Assembly: GCA_965199495.1 (NCBI GenBank)
Contig: CBDASK010000003.1
Location: 2,112,001 to 2,176,000 of the forward strand
Length of the DNA stretch: 64,000 nucleotides
From: Abditibacterium sp.
Lineage (GTDB): Bacteria > Armatimonadota > Abditibacteriia > Abditibacteriales > Abditibacteriaceae
Direction: 5' to 3'
In this document: positions 38,477 to 48,797 of the stretch, piece by piece
Position numbering within the stretch: the stretch's first letter is position 1
How the letters are laid out: each line of letters starts with the position of its first letter
Made by a program: the position numbers and the translations under genes
Notes under the pieces: model-generated
What the model saw: the letters and a program-made list of their open reading frames with translations, nothing else
What the model was told of the DNA's origin: nothing
Database searches by the model: none

Positions 38477-40954
38477 ATGTCTTTTGCTCCTGAGACGATT
38501 AATCCTGAGATGAACCACGCGCCCGATTCGGCGCAGTTGAGCGCCGAACTCGCGGCCTCAGAAGATCGCTATCGCACGCTGTTTTTGCAGGAACAACGGC
38601 GCGCACGCCATTTGTCGCTGATCAACGAGGTGCAAAAATGCGCGCTCGCCACGCGCGAAATTCGGGCATTTTTGCCGCAGGTCACGCGCGCGATTTCTTC
38701 GCATTTTCCCGACTGCGATGTCGCGTTTTATATGTCGCACGCGCTTAGTCTGGGCTTGACTCAGGCGAACGAGGAAAACGTTCAGGAGGGCGCCGACCGC
38801 AGTTGGCGCGTAGACAGTTGGGACGACGGTGACGATAATTTTCAACTCACGGTCGTCGCCAGCTATGGCAAATTTGGCTTGCGTCCGCCCGTGGGCGCGC
38901 ATCTCTCGCTGCGCGATGTCGGCGATGACGGCGAAATTTCCGCACCCGGCGCGCGTTCGGCGCTGACGGTGCCGGTTGCGCTCGAAGGCGAAACTATTGG
39001 TCTGATTTCGGTGCAAAGTCCTGAATCCGATGTGCTCGATGCGCGCGACGTGGCTGCTCTGCACACGGCGGGCGCCATCATCGCCGCGCACGTCCAAAAC
39101 TCGCGTTTGTTTCGCCACATGAACGAGATCAACGCCTTCAACCAGAGTCTGCTCGATTCGATGTTGCACTCGATGATGGTGGTGGATGACAAAGGTTGGA
39201 TCCAGTTCGTCAACGAGCGCTTGCTTTCGATGTCGGGCAAATCGCGCGCGGAGTTGCGCTATCAACCGCTCGAAACGATTTTCGGCGAAAACCCGGCCTA
39301 CCATCACAATCTGCGTGGTGCGATTCAGCGTGTTTTAGAAACCGGCGAAGGACAGGAGTTGACTGACGTTCACATCTGGACGCCCAAAGGCCCGCAGATT
39401 TTCGATTTGCGTATGTTTCGCGTTTTCTTTCGCGGCCAGGCCGAAACCGCGATTCTATTGATTAATTTAACTGACCGTTGGCGTCAGACCAATCAATTGC
39501 AAATGACCCACGAAATCGGGCGATTATTTCAGCAATCGCTCGACATCGAACGCGTTTTAAGCACGGTCTTGACCTGCATCACCGCCGGTTCGGCGCTGGG
39601 ATTTAATCGGGCTTTCGTTTTTTTATTGGACGAAAGCGGCACGCGCCTCGAAGGGCGCATGGCGTTGGGGCCGAGTTCTCCCGAAGAAGCCTCGCGCATT
39701 TGGGGCGAAATCTCGCAGCGCGATTTATCCCTCGAAGAAATTTTGGCCGATAGCGAAAAAGTCGCCTCGCAAATGACGCCGCTTCAGGAGCGCACAGCGC
39801 AACTGGCGATTCGGTTGGACAATCCGTTTATCCCCAATTTGCAGCGCGCGCTCGAAACCAAAAGCGCGCTGCAACTAACGCACTCCGAGCTAATTTCGCC
39901 CGACTGCCATAGCGATGAAAGTGGCGATTCGCGCGACTGTCACGAAGCGCGTCAGTTCGCGGCTTTGCTTGATGCCTACGACGTGGCTATCGCGCCGCTC
40001 ATCGCCAAAGACCGCTTTATCGGCGTAGTTTTCGCCGATAATCTCTATTCCAGCGCGCCCATCGAACCCGAAGACGTTCAACTGCTCGACACCCTCGCGC
40101 AACAGGCGGCGCTCACCATTGACAACGCGCTGACTTATCAGGCTTTGCAGGACGCGCAGCGCGAATTGGTGAGTGCCGAACGCTTGGTCGCCGTCGGCGA
40201 AATGGCGGCGCGCGTGTCGCACGAAATCCGCAATCCCCTCGCCACCGTCGGCGGTTTCGCCAATTCGATTTTGAAAAAGCCGACCGACGAAAAATCCGTG
40301 GTGCGCAAATCGCGCGTCATCGTCGCCGAAATCGCGCGATTGGAAGAATTATTGACCGATTTATTGGATATGGCGCGCACTCGCCCGCTCAAACGCGAGC
40401 CGGAATCCATCAACGAAATTCTCGAACATTCGTTGCTGTTGGCGCAGGCCGACATCAAAGCGTATAACGTGCAGGTCGAACGCGAATTCGCCCCCGATTT
40501 GCCGATGACCTGCGTTGACCGCGCCCGCCTGTTGCAAGCGTTTCTCAATACCATCCGCAACGGCGCGCAGGCGATGACCGATGGCGGCGTTTTGCGCATC
40601 GCCACGCGTTTAATCGAACATGCGGACGCAATGAATGAGGCGGGCGAACCCACCGAATCCATCGAAATCCAGATCGGCGATAGCGGCCACGGCATCCCGC
40701 AACGCGCGCTCGATCAGGTTTTCGACCCGTTTTTCTCGACCAAAGTTTCCGGTTCGGGATTGGGATTGCCCGTGACTCAGCGCATCATCAAAGATCACGG
40801 TGGCTACGTCGTAGTCGCCAGTCGTGAAGGCGAAGGCACGACCTTTATTTTTACGCTCCCAATTGAACGCGTGGAATTAACCGAAGAGGGCACGCCGATT
40901 TGCGCACAGGCCGTCTGTGAAGAGGCTAACGATTCAGAAATTTCGCTCGAATAA
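38477..40954 (+). CDS. GAF/PAS/GAF sensor histidine kinase
   Basis: H-box SHEIRNPL, N-box NTIRNG, DSGHGI and FDPFFSTK..GSGLGL; no obvious TM segments. Confidence 0.93.
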   Translation: MSFAPETINPEMNHAPDSAQLSAELAASEDRYRTLFLQEQRRARHLSLINEVQKCALATREIRAFLPQVTRAISSHFPDCDVAFYMSHALSLGLTQANEENVQEGADRSWRVDSWDDGDDNFQLTVVASYGKFGLRPPVGAHLSLRDVGDDGEISAPGARSALTVPVALEGETIGLISVQSPESDVLDARDVAALHTAGAIIAAHVQNSRLFRHMNEINAFNQSLLDSMLHSMMVVDDKGWIQFVNERLLSMSGKSRAELRYQPLETIFGENPAYHHNLRGAIQRVLETGEGQELTDVHIWTPKGPQIFDLRMFRVFFRGQAETAILLINLTDRWRQTNQLQMTHEIGRLFQQSLDIERVLSTVLTCITAGSALGFNRAFVFLLDESGTRLEGRMALGPSSPEEASRIWGEISQRDLSLEEILADSEKVASQMTPLQERTAQLAIRLDNPFIPNLQRALETKSALQLTHSELISPDCHSDESGDSRDCHEARQFAALLDAYDVAIAPLIAKDRFIGVVFADNLYSSAPIEPEDVQLLDTLAQQAALTIDNALTYQALQDAQRELVSAERLVAVGEMAARVSHEIRNPLATVGGFANSILKKPTDEKSVVRKSRVIVAEIARLEELLTDLLDMARTRPLKREPESINEILEHSLLLAQADIKAYNVQVEREFAPDLPMTCVDRARLLQAFLNTIRNGAQAMTDGGVLRIATRLIEHADAMNEAGEPTESIEIQIGDSGHGIPQRALDQVFDPFFSTKVSGSGLGLPVTQRIIKDHGGYVVVASREGEGTTFIFTLPIERVELTEEGTPICAQAVCEEANDSEISLE

Positions 40955-41249
40955 ATTGTTACTGTCTCACCTGTTGAAAACGAAAATTAGCGCAGTGCGC
41001 CGCATTTATTCGAGAAAATACTGAGAAAATCATTAAAATACGCGTTGGAAAAACGGGCGCCCGCGTTCTAACGTTGCTGCATCAAGAAAAAATTAAATTT
41101 CTGAGTAATTTGTTGGGCTAAACTGCGGCTTAATCCGCATTTTTTGCAATCGCGGTGTTTATTTTGCAGATTACCACGCAGACTTAATTTCTGTTTTACT
41201 ACTTCCGGCATTAAACCGCCATAAATTTGCAAAACAAGAGGTCACTCCC

Positions 41250-41648
41250 ATGAACGAATCCCCATCCGAATCTCTCATTTTGCTGGTTGAAGATGATGTC
41301 AACCAGCGCGCCCTGTTTGAAGAAGAATTGTGCGACGAAGGTTATCGCGTTGTCACCGCAGGCGATGGTCGCGAAGCATTGAGCGTCGCTTCCAAGCATA
41401 AACCCGATTTGGTCGTAATGGACGTTAACATGCCTGTGATGGACGGCCTTGACACGATGGCTCGTCTTCTCGAAGAGGATCGCCATATTCCGGTCATCAT
41501 CCATACGGCTTACGCTTCCTACCGCGAATCGTTTTCGTCTTGGTCAGCCGATGCTTACATCGTGAAAAACTCGGATTTGACCGAATTGAAGAATGCCGTG
41601 CGTGAATTACTCGCCAAACGTTCCAATTCAGACGAAAAAGTCGCTTAA
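41250..41648 (+). CDS. Single-domain response regulator
   Basis: LLVEDD, PDLVVMDVNMPVMDG, HTAY and YIVK. Confidence 0.93.
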   Translation: MNESPSESLILLVEDDVNQRALFEEELCDEGYRVVTAGDGREALSVASKHKPDLVVMDVNMPVMDGLDTMARLLEEDRHIPVIIHTAYASYRESFSSWSADAYIVKNSDLTELKNAVRELLAKRSNSDEKVA

Positions 41649-41675
41649 TTTTAAAACTTTCCTGTTCCCTTTCCT

Positions 41676-43052
41676 ATGAACAATCCCGCTTCCACAGAAT
41701 CGCCTTCCGAAACCTCTTCCCATTCCGCTTCCCTCTCGCCAGTGGACGCTTACGCCAAGCCAAGCGATGTGCACTTCGCGCCAACGATTTCTCGTGGCGC
41801 GCTTGTGCGCGGTCAGCAATCGCATCTGCAAAACACCGTCGTAATGCTGTTGGCGGGCGGACAGGGCGAGCGACTTTATCCCCTCACGCGCGACCGCGCC
41901 AAACCTAGCGTTCCCATCGGCGGCAACTATCGCATCATTGATTTCGCGCTTTCCAACTGTATTAATTCCGGATTGCGTCGCATTTTAGTGATGACACAAT
42001 ACAAATCGTTTTCGCTGCAACGCCATATTCAGGCGGCGTGGGAGCTTTTCAACCCGGTGATGGGCGAATATATTGATGTGATTCCGCCGCAGCAACGCAA
42101 CGTGAAACGCTGGTATCAGGGCACCGCCGACGCGATTTTCCAGAACATTTATATGCTGGAGCAGGAAAAGCCCGCTTACGTCGTGATTTTGAGCGGCGAT
42201 CATATTTACAAAATGGATTACTCCAAGATGTTGGAGTTTCACATCGAGAAGGGCGCCGACTTGACGATGAGTTGCACCAAGGTGCCGCGCGCCGAAGCCT
42301 CGCGCTTTGGCATTGCAGCCACCGACGCCGACAACCGCATCACCGCCTTCGTCGAAAAGCCCAGCGACCCACCCGCCATTCCCAACGACCCAGATTATTC
42401 TTATTCTTCGATGGGCGTTTACATTTTTTCCACCGAAAAATTGGTGCGCCGCGTTATTCAAGATGTCAAGCAAGAAACCGAACATGATTTCGGCAAAAAC
42501 GTGATTCCGCGTATGGTTGAAAATGGCGACCGAGTTTACGCCTACGAATACGAAGATGAGAACCACTCGATTTCTGTGCCCCAAGGCGAGGTTTACTGGC
42601 GCGACATCGGCACCATCGCTTCCTACTACGAAGCCAACATGGATTTGGTGAAAGTCGCGCCGCAATTCGATCTTTACGACGATAATTGGCCGATTCATCG
42701 CCGCTCGCAACCCGGCCCCCCCGCTCGTATTCTTTCGCATGGCGAAGACCGTGTTCCAGTTATTGTTGATTCGATTCTCTCGACGGGCGTCATCGTTTCG
42801 GGGGCGCGCGTCGAGCGTTCGATCATCGGGCCACGCTCGTTTATTCATTCGTGGGCCAGCGTTGAGGATTCCATTTTGTTCGATGATGTCGAAGTCGGGC
42901 GCAACTGTAAGATTCGGCGCGCCATCATTGATAAGCACGTCAAAATTCCCGCTGGCACTACCATCGGTTATGACTTAGAGGAAGACGCCAAACGTTTCAC
43001 GGTTTCGCCCGAAGGTATCGTTGTTGTGCCAAAAAGCATGGCGCTGACTTAA
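41676..43052 (+). CDS. glgC: Glucose-1-phosphate adenylyltransferase
   Basis: LAGGQGERLYPLTRDRAKP, WYQGTADA, SGDHIYKMDY, FVEKP, DFGKNVIP and YWRDIGT. Confidence 0.97.
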   Translation: MNNPASTESPSETSSHSASLSPVDAYAKPSDVHFAPTISRGALVRGQQSHLQNTVVMLLAGGQGERLYPLTRDRAKPSVPIGGNYRIIDFALSNCINSGLRRILVMTQYKSFSLQRHIQAAWELFNPVMGEYIDVIPPQQRNVKRWYQGTADAIFQNIYMLEQEKPAYVVILSGDHIYKMDYSKMLEFHIEKGADLTMSCTKVPRAEASRFGIAATDADNRITAFVEKPSDPPAIPNDPDYSYSSMGVYIFSTEKLVRRVIQDVKQETEHDFGKNVIPRMVENGDRVYAYEYEDENHSISVPQGEVYWRDIGTIASYYEANMDLVKVAPQFDLYDDNWPIHRRSQPGPPARILSHGEDRVPVIVDSILSTGVIVSGARVERSIIGPRSFIHSWASVEDSILFDDVEVGRNCKIRRAIIDKHVKIPAGTTIGYDLEEDAKRFTVSPEGIVVVPKSMALT

Positions 43053-43121
43053 ATTGGGCAGAGAAATTCTGCCGTGAATCGGAGAATGGTGTAAAATTAA
43101 AGCGCGTTGTTTCACAGGGAT

Positions 43122-43137
43122 TGTTTCACGTGAAACA
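43122..43137. promoter_or_regulatory. parS centromere site
   Basis: Perfect TGTTTCACGTGAAACA upstream of parA, with an extra half-site at 43108-43115. Confidence 0.93.
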
Positions 43138-43213
43138 ACGCGTTTTTCTGTTTTGTGTTCAGTCTGTCTTTTGTTCACGCCGTATAAATGCGTCTTTTGT
43201 TGGCAATATCCTT

Positions 43214-44050
43214 ATGATTCTGAGCGTGATTAACCAAAAAGGCGGCGTCGGCAAAACGACGACTGCCATCAACGTGGCGGCGGCACTGGCACTTTGGGGC
43301 CACGAAACGCTGTTGATTGATTTAGATCCGCAAGGCAATGCAACCAGTGGTTGCGGCGTCAATCCCGGCGAAATCGCTGGCCCCAGCCTTTATGAAGCGC
43401 TGCTCGCCGTTCAGGAAAAAAACGCGGAAATCGTGCGTCCCGGCATCGCTTCAACGGGCATCGCCGGATTATCGGTTGTGGGTGCCTCGCCCGAATTGGC
43501 GGGATCAGAAGTTGAGCTGGCCGACAACGCGCGCCGTGACGGACTCCGTCGAATTTTAAAAGATTTCGGCGACGAGTATTCTTTTATCATCGTAGATACG
43601 CCGCCCTCTCTGTCGTTGCTCACAGTCAATTCGCTGGTGGCTGCTGATCGGTTGATTATTCCCGTCCAATGCGAATATTTCGCGCTCGAAGGTTTGGGAC
43701 AATTGCTGCGCACACTGGAAAAGATTCGCCGCTTTCTTAATCCCGATTTGGCTGTAATGGGTTTGTTACGCACCATGTTCGATTCGCGCGTTGCGTTATC
43801 GGGCCAGGTTTCGGCGGAGCTGGAAAAGCATTTTTCGCAGTTGGTCTTCAGAACCATCGTCCCCCGCAACGTGCGATTGGCCGAAGCTCCTTCGCATGGT
43901 AAACCCATCGCCCTGCACGATCGTCGCTCGGTCGGCGCGGACGCTTACCGCCGTCTGGCGCTTGAAGTTTTGGCGCGCGCCGGGAAAAAGCCGAAAGTGG
44001 CTGGTTCCGATGTTGCCGATGATAATTCCGTTGGAGAAACCAATAAGTAG
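43214..44050 (+). CDS. parA: Chromosome partitioning ATPase ParA/Soj
   Basis: NQKGGVGKTT, DLDPQGNAT, DTPPSL, PVQCEYFALEG and PRNVRLAEAPSHG. Confidence 0.96.
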   Translation: MILSVINQKGGVGKTTTAINVAAALALWGHETLLIDLDPQGNATSGCGVNPGEIAGPSLYEALLAVQEKNAEIVRPGIASTGIAGLSVVGASPELAGSEVELADNARRDGLRRILKDFGDEYSFIIVDTPPSLSLLTVNSLVAADRLIIPVQCEYFALEGLGQLLRTLEKIRRFLNPDLAVMGLLRTMFDSRVALSGQVSAELEKHFSQLVFRTIVPRNVRLAEAPSHGKPIALHDRRSVGADAYRRLALEVLARAGKKPKVAGSDVADDNSVGETNK

Positions 44051-44087
44051 CTGAGGACTTCTGATTTTCGACTATAAATCTCAAATT

Positions 44088-45149
44088 ATGGCAAACAAAA
44101 CTACCGCTTCCCCTCCTAAACGCGCCCTGGGACGAGGGCTTTCTGCGCTTATTCCCGAATCCGATTTCGATTTGCTTTCGGGCGTTGCTCGCGGCACTAT
44201 TCAACCTTCGCCCGTTGATTCATCGTTTGCAGCCAACGCAGGCGAACCCATCAACACGAAGAAATTCGATGACAAAAAAGCGGAAACGGACAAAGAGAAC
44301 TCTGTGACGGAAAGCGCACATCGGCCCATGCAAATGGAAGACGGGGCGGTGCAATACATCGCACTGGAGCAGATCGAAGCGAATCCCTTCCAGCCACGTC
44401 AGGTTTGGAGCGAAGAAGAATTGGAAAATCTGGCGGATTCGATTCGCGAACACGGTGTTTTGCAGCCGGTTTTAGTGCGTCCCCTGCCCGACCGCCAGCC
44501 TTCAGATGTCGTTCAATTTCAATTAATCGCGGGCGAACGCCGTTGGCGCGCCGCAACGCGCGCTCAATTAAAGCAGATTCCCGCCATCGTACGCGATGTA
44601 GATAACAAGTCGGCGCTCGAATTGGCGATAATCGAAAATGTCCAGCGTCACGACATCAGCGCTGTCGAATCGGCGCAGGCCTATCGGCGTTTATCCGATG
44701 AATTTAATCTGTCGCAGGAGAAAATCGCGGCGCGCGTGGGAAAAAGCCGCGCCGCCGTGGCTAACACGATGCGCTTGCTTGACCTTCCCGAAGAGGCATT
44801 GGAAGCCATTCGTAACAACAACATTAGCGAAGGACATGGCCGCGCCTTGTTGACTGCTTCCGACGATGGCACGCGCCGTGCGCTTCTACGCCGCACTTTA
44901 CGGGATCACTTGACAGTGCGCGAGGTCGAACGCTTGGCACGCGAAGCCACCGCATCCACTGCGCCTTCAGTTCGATTGCCGCGTTCAAATGCTGCCGATA
45001 TTACGCGTTTAGAAGATACCCTCCAACGCACATTGGGTATGCGCCTCAAACTGCGCGTGCGCAAAAGCGGTGGACAATTGATCATTGAATATTCTTCGAC
45101 CGAAGAGCTGCAACGTTTGGCCACCAATTTAACTAACGCCGCAAAATAA
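44088..45149 (+). CDS. parB: Chromosome partitioning protein ParB/Spo0J
   Basis: ALGRGL.AL, NPFQPR, LIAGERRWRA, IENVQR and the HTH GKSRAAVAN. Confidence 0.96.
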   Translation: MANKTTASPPKRALGRGLSALIPESDFDLLSGVARGTIQPSPVDSSFAANAGEPINTKKFDDKKAETDKENSVTESAHRPMQMEDGAVQYIALEQIEANPFQPRQVWSEEELENLADSIREHGVLQPVLVRPLPDRQPSDVVQFQLIAGERRWRAATRAQLKQIPAIVRDVDNKSALELAIIENVQRHDISAVESAQAYRRLSDEFNLSQEKIAARVGKSRAAVANTMRLLDLPEEALEAIRNNNISEGHGRALLTASDDGTRRALLRRTLRDHLTVREVERLAREATASTAPSVRLPRSNAADITRLEDTLQRTLGMRLKLRVRKSGGQLIIEYSSTEELQRLATNLTNAAK

Positions 45150-45156
45150 ATCAGAT

Positions 45157-45172
45157 TGTTTCACATGAAATA
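45157..45172. promoter_or_regulatory. Degenerate parS site
   Basis: TGTTTCACATGAAATA (2 mismatches), just after parB. Confidence 0.65.
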
Positions 45173-45199
45173 AAGGCCTGAAATAACTATTCCCGTAAA

Positions 45200-45679
45200 A
45201 TGAAGTGCCCTCACTGTCAGCATCAAGACACGCGCGTCGTTGATTCGCGCCCCATCGAAGATGGGGCGCTGTTGCGTCGTCGGCGCCAGTGCGATCATTG
45301 TGGCGCCCGATTTTCTACGCACGAACGGGCGATTAGTTCGCCCTTAGTTGTTGTTAAAAAAGACGGTCGCCGCGAAGAATTTTCTGGGGCAAAACTGCGC
45401 GGTGGAATTGCCAAAGCCTGCAATAAACGCCCGGTCGCGACTGCCGACATAGAGGGCGCCGTCGAAGAAATCGAGGCGGCTCTACGACGTGAAAACAGTA
45501 GCGAAGTACCGGTTGAGCGTGTCGGCGAACTGGTCATGGAAAAATTATTGGCCCTCGATCAAGTGGCTTACGTGCGTTTTGCCTCGGTTTATCAACAGTT
45601 TGATGATGTCAAATTGTTCGCTCAACTACTCGAACGAATGAGCCGTCGCAACCGGAGCAAAACTGCGCAAAATGAGTAA
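45200..45679 (+). CDS. nrdR: Transcriptional repressor NrdR
   Basis: CPHC..VVDSR..RRRRQC..C..RFST.E, an ATP-cone and DQVAYVRFASVY. Confidence 0.97.
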   Translation: MKCPHCQHQDTRVVDSRPIEDGALLRRRRQCDHCGARFSTHERAISSPLVVVKKDGRREEFSGAKLRGGIAKACNKRPVATADIEGAVEEIEAALRRENSSEVPVERVGELVMEKLLALDQVAYVRFASVYQQFDDVKLFAQLLERMSRRNRSKTAQNE

Positions 45680-45744
45680 AGCCATTGTTTTTTAATACAC
45701 CTCCGAATGGCAAAAACTTTTTCCGAATGAACCACTCGTCCTTT

Positions 45745-46731
45745 ATGACACCCAACTTATCTCATGCGTCAAATCGTGCTGCACATAAAGCCCGCGTCCT
45801 TGAATTTTGCGAGGTCGCTCCTTTGCATTATCAACTGCGGCTGCAATGTCCACAATTAGCGCAATCCGCTCAGCCCGGCCAGTTCGTGCATATTCTCCCT
45901 TCACCTAATTCTGATTCGTTTCATTTCGATCCATTATTACGTCGCGCTTTTTCCATTATGAGCGTGGGCAAAAGTGAAGATTCACAGACCAAAGAGACAA
46001 TTGACGTTTTATTTCGGGTTGAGGGTCGCGGAACAAAATTACTGGCCCAATCCCAAATTGGCGATGAAATAGATTTGATTGGCCCGCTCGGACTTGCTTT
46101 TGACATTTCTTCCTATGGCATATCATTCGATGTGGAACATTCATTGTTTCACGTGAAACAATCTACGGCTGACCGGCGGGTCATCGTTGTGGGCGGTGGC
46201 GTTGGAGTGCCGCCCTTAGTTTTTCTGAGCGATGTTTTATCAAAGGCGGGCGTTGAAGTCGAAGGAATTATTGGCGCTCGGACATCCAACGAGATTATTG
46301 GATGGGACGAACTCGATACTTTCTGTCAGAGAGTGAGCGTAACTACGGACGATGGGAGTCGGGGGCATCATGGGCGCGTCACGGATATTTTGGCCGATGT
46401 TTTGAATCAATCGAATGAAGAAGATAAAGCGGTAATTCCCATCGTTTACGCGTGTGGGCCTCTGCCGATGCTACGGGCCGTCGCGCAAATGTGCGCTTCA
46501 TTGGGTGTGAAATGTCAGGTTTCAATGGAAGAGAATATGCCCTGCGGCATTGGTGTTTGCAATGGCTGCGTCGTTCGCGTTTGCCAGAAAGAGAAGGAAT
46601 TGAAGGATCGAGAAGGATCGAGAATTGATCGTCAGGAAGATTGGTCGGCCTACCATTCCTATCGCAGAGTGTGCGTGGAAGGCCCGGCTTGTTGGGCGGA
46701 TGAAATCGATTGGGAGCATAATCATGGTTGA
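45745..46731 (+). CDS. pyrK: Dihydroorotate dehydrogenase B electron transfer subunit
   Basis: PGQFV, LRRAFSI, GPLG, GGGVGVPP, YACGP, MPCGIGVCNGC and RVCVEGP. The start is uncertain (45727 or 45745). Confidence 0.92.
   Translation: MTPNLSHASNRAAHKARVLEFCEVAPLHYQLRLQCPQLAQSAQPGQFVHILPSPNSDSFHFDPLLRRAFSIMSVGKSEDSQTKETIDVLFRVEGRGTKLLAQSQIGDEIDLIGPLGLAFDISSYGISFDVEHSLFHVKQSTADRRVIVVGGGVGVPPLVFLSDVLSKAGVEVEGIIGARTSNEIIGWDELDTFCQRVSVTTDDGSRGHHGRVTDILADVLNQSNEEDKAVIPIVYACGPLPMLRAVAQMCASLGVKCQVSMEENMPCGIGVCNGCVVRVCQKEKELKDREGSRIDRQEDWSAYHSYRRVCVEGPACWADEIDWEHNHG
46145..46160. promoter_or_regulatory. parS site inside the pyrK CDS
   Basis: Perfect TGTTTCACGTGAAACA encoding LFHVKQ; half-site GTGGAACA at 46132-46139. 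Confidence 0.9.
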
Positions 46732-47632
46732 TTTAACAACGAAAATTGGCGATTTGACGCTTCGTAATCCGGTGCTGACAGCTTCGGGAACGTTCGGTTA
46801 TGGCGAGGAGATCGCCGATTTGATCTCGTTGGATGGGTTGGGGGCGATTATTTGCAAAACGGTGACGCGGCGACCACGCGAAGGTAATCCGCCGCCGCGC
46901 ACCTGTGAGACGGCGGCGGGTATGCTCAACGCCATCGGCTTGCAAAACGTCGGGGTCGAAACGTTTATTCGGGAAAAAATGCCGTTTTTACGAGAATGCG
47001 CGACACCAATCGTGGTTAATATCGCGGGCGAATCGGTTGAAGATTTCGGGTTTCTCTGTCGCGCTTTAAGCGAAGTCGAAGGTATCAGCGCACTGGAATT
47101 GAATATCTCCTGTCCCAACGTGGCTCATGGTCTCGACTTCGCGACCGATCCTGCAATCACCGAAGATGTAGTGAACCACGCGCGAAATTCCACTCATTTG
47201 CCGATTTGGATAAAATTATCGCCGAACGTGACGGACATCGCTTCCCTTGCGCGTGCGGCAGAGCAGGGCGGAGCCGATGCACTCTGCGTCGCCAATACTT
47301 TCGTGGGAATCGCGATTGACATTAAACGGCGGCGCCCACGACTTTCCAACAAAACGGGCGGGCTTTCTGGGCCAGCGATCAAGCCACTGGCACTGCGTGC
47401 GGTCTGGCAATGCGCGGGCGCCGTCGAGATTCCGATTCTTGGCATTGGCGGTATCGCCACTGCTTCCGATGCCATCGAATTTTTGCTGGCTGGAGCGAGC
47501 GCCGTGCAAGTCGGAACCGCGACTTTTGTGCAGCCATGCGCAGCGACTGATGTCGCGCAGGGCATCGCTAATTACTTAGAGCAAAACGGGCTCAATTCGC
47601 CCGCAGAATTAGTGGGATTGGCGCGAGAATAA
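46724..47632 (+). CDS. pyrD: Dihydroorotate dehydrogenase 1B catalytic subunit
   Basis: NPVLTASGTFG, GMLNAIGLQN, ELNISCPN, KLSPN, GGLSGPAIKP and GASAVQVGT. Confidence 0.96.
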   Translation: MVDLTTKIGDLTLRNPVLTASGTFGYGEEIADLISLDGLGAIICKTVTRRPREGNPPPRTCETAAGMLNAIGLQNVGVETFIREKMPFLRECATPIVVNIAGESVEDFGFLCRALSEVEGISALELNISCPNVAHGLDFATDPAITEDVVNHARNSTHLPIWIKLSPNVTDIASLARAAEQGGADALCVANTFVGIAIDIKRRRPRLSNKTGGLSGPAIKPLALRAVWQCAGAVEIPILGIGGIATASDAIEFLLAGASAVQVGTATFVQPCAATDVAQGIANYLEQNGLNSPAELVGLARE

Positions 47633-47634
47633 AC

Positions 47635-47672
47635 GCGAAAGGCGACAATTTAATCGAATTGTCGCCTTTCGC
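47635..47672. terminator. Likely bidirectional terminator
   Basis: GCGAAAGGCGACAATT-loop-AATTGTCGCCTTTCGC between convergent genes. Confidence 0.8.
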
Positions 47673-47680
47673 TGTTTTTA

Positions 47681-48661
47681 TTAACCCCACGGGTTAGTTT
47701 TCTCATCGGGCACTGCATCCAAAACGGGCTGTGCGATCTTGGTGATCGCTTCAATATCCTGCGAACTCAATTTTAAGGAGGCGGCCTGTGCGGTATCCTG
47801 AATTTGTTCGGCGTTGCGCGCGCCCACAATAGGCGAAGTCACTCCGGGCTGCGCGATGAGCCACGCCAAGGCGATTTGCGCCGTATTGGAATCGTATTTT
47901 TCGGCAATCGGTTTGAGTTGATTAGTGGCTTCGAGGGCGATTCCATAAGCCGGGTCTTTGAAGAGGTGATTGCCCTCGCGATTGTCCGTCGGACGATTGT
48001 CCATATTGAACTTGCCCGTTACCAAACCCTGCGCCAAAGGCGAGTAGGGGATGATGCCGATTTCGTTCTTGATGCAAAATTCGACGGTGCCATTAGCGAC
48101 ATACGGCTGAAAAAACAACGAGTAGGGTGGCTGCAACGCGTCCACGCGTCCATATTGCAGCGCTTCTTCAATGAGCGATTTATCGAAGTTAGAAACGCCA
48201 ATCGCCCCAATCTTTCCGGCTTCCTGCAATTTGACCAAAGCCGACATCGTCTCTTCGAGCGGAACTTTATCGCCGCCCCATGTTCCACTGGGCCAGTGGA
48301 TTTGGTAAAGATCTATTTTGTCAACGCCCAAACGTTTGAGGGAGTCTTCGCAGGACTTGTTCAAATTTTCGGAGGCCAGCGAACCCGCCCCGACTTTGGT
48401 GGCGATAGTCAAATTATCGTAGCCTACTTCGCGGATGAACTTACCGACAATTTCTTCGGAGTGGCCGTCGCCATAGCCTTCGGCAGTATCATAAGAAGTG
48501 ATGCCGCTTTCGTAGGCAGCACGCATCGCGGCCAGAGAATCGTCGTCGTTGGTGTCAGTCCACTGCTTGCCGCCAGCCTGCCAACAACCGAAAGTAAGAA
48601 CCGTAAAATCGAGGTTTGAACGCCCCAATTTGCGCGTGGGAATGGAATTATGTGTTGCCAT
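47681..48661 (-). CDS. Aldo/keto reductase
   Basis: DTAEGYG, IATK, IDLYQIHWP, IGVSNF, YSPLAQG and PIVGAR. Confidence 0.93.
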   Translation of the reverse strand: MATHNSIPTRKLGRSNLDFTVLTFGCWQAGGKQWTDTNDDDSLAAMRAAYESGITSYDTAEGYGDGHSEEIVGKFIREVGYDNLTIATKVGAGSLASENLNKSCEDSLKRLGVDKIDLYQIHWPSGTWGGDKVPLEETMSALVKLQEAGKIGAIGVSNFDKSLIEEALQYGRVDALQPPYSLFFQPYVANGTVEFCIKNEIGIIPYSPLAQGLVTGKFNMDNRPTDNREGNHLFKDPAYGIALEATNQLKPIAEKYDSNTAQIALAWLIAQPGVTSPIVGARNAEQIQDTAQAASLKLSSQDIEAITKIAQPVLDAVPDEKTNPWG

Positions 48662-48736
48662 AGAAGCATTTGTTTATTGCAACTCGCGAACCAATAATCT
48701 TCCCATAGAGGCGTTCGTCAAGGGAAAACTCCCCGT

Positions 48737-48752
48737 TGTTTCACGTGAAACA
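48737..48752. promoter_or_regulatory. parS site
   Basis: Perfect TGTTTCACGTGAAACA in a divergent intergenic region. Confidence 0.9.
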
Positions 48753-48797
48753 ATGGATAGAACAGGATTGGAATGCGCTTTGCCGTTGTATCAAAAA

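Noticed and set aside
40955..41249. AT-rich spacer as a possible oriC
   Set aside because: No DnaA-box cluster was seen and there is no dnaA/dnaN in the window; it is more simply a promoter region.
43121..43213. N-terminal extension MFHVKQ... of ParA
   Set aside because: It is the translation of the parS site; the Walker A position supports the ATG at 43214.
48549..48797. N-terminal extension of the FAD oxidoreductase ORF
   Set aside because: It overlaps the divergent AKR gene and a parS site (VSRET).
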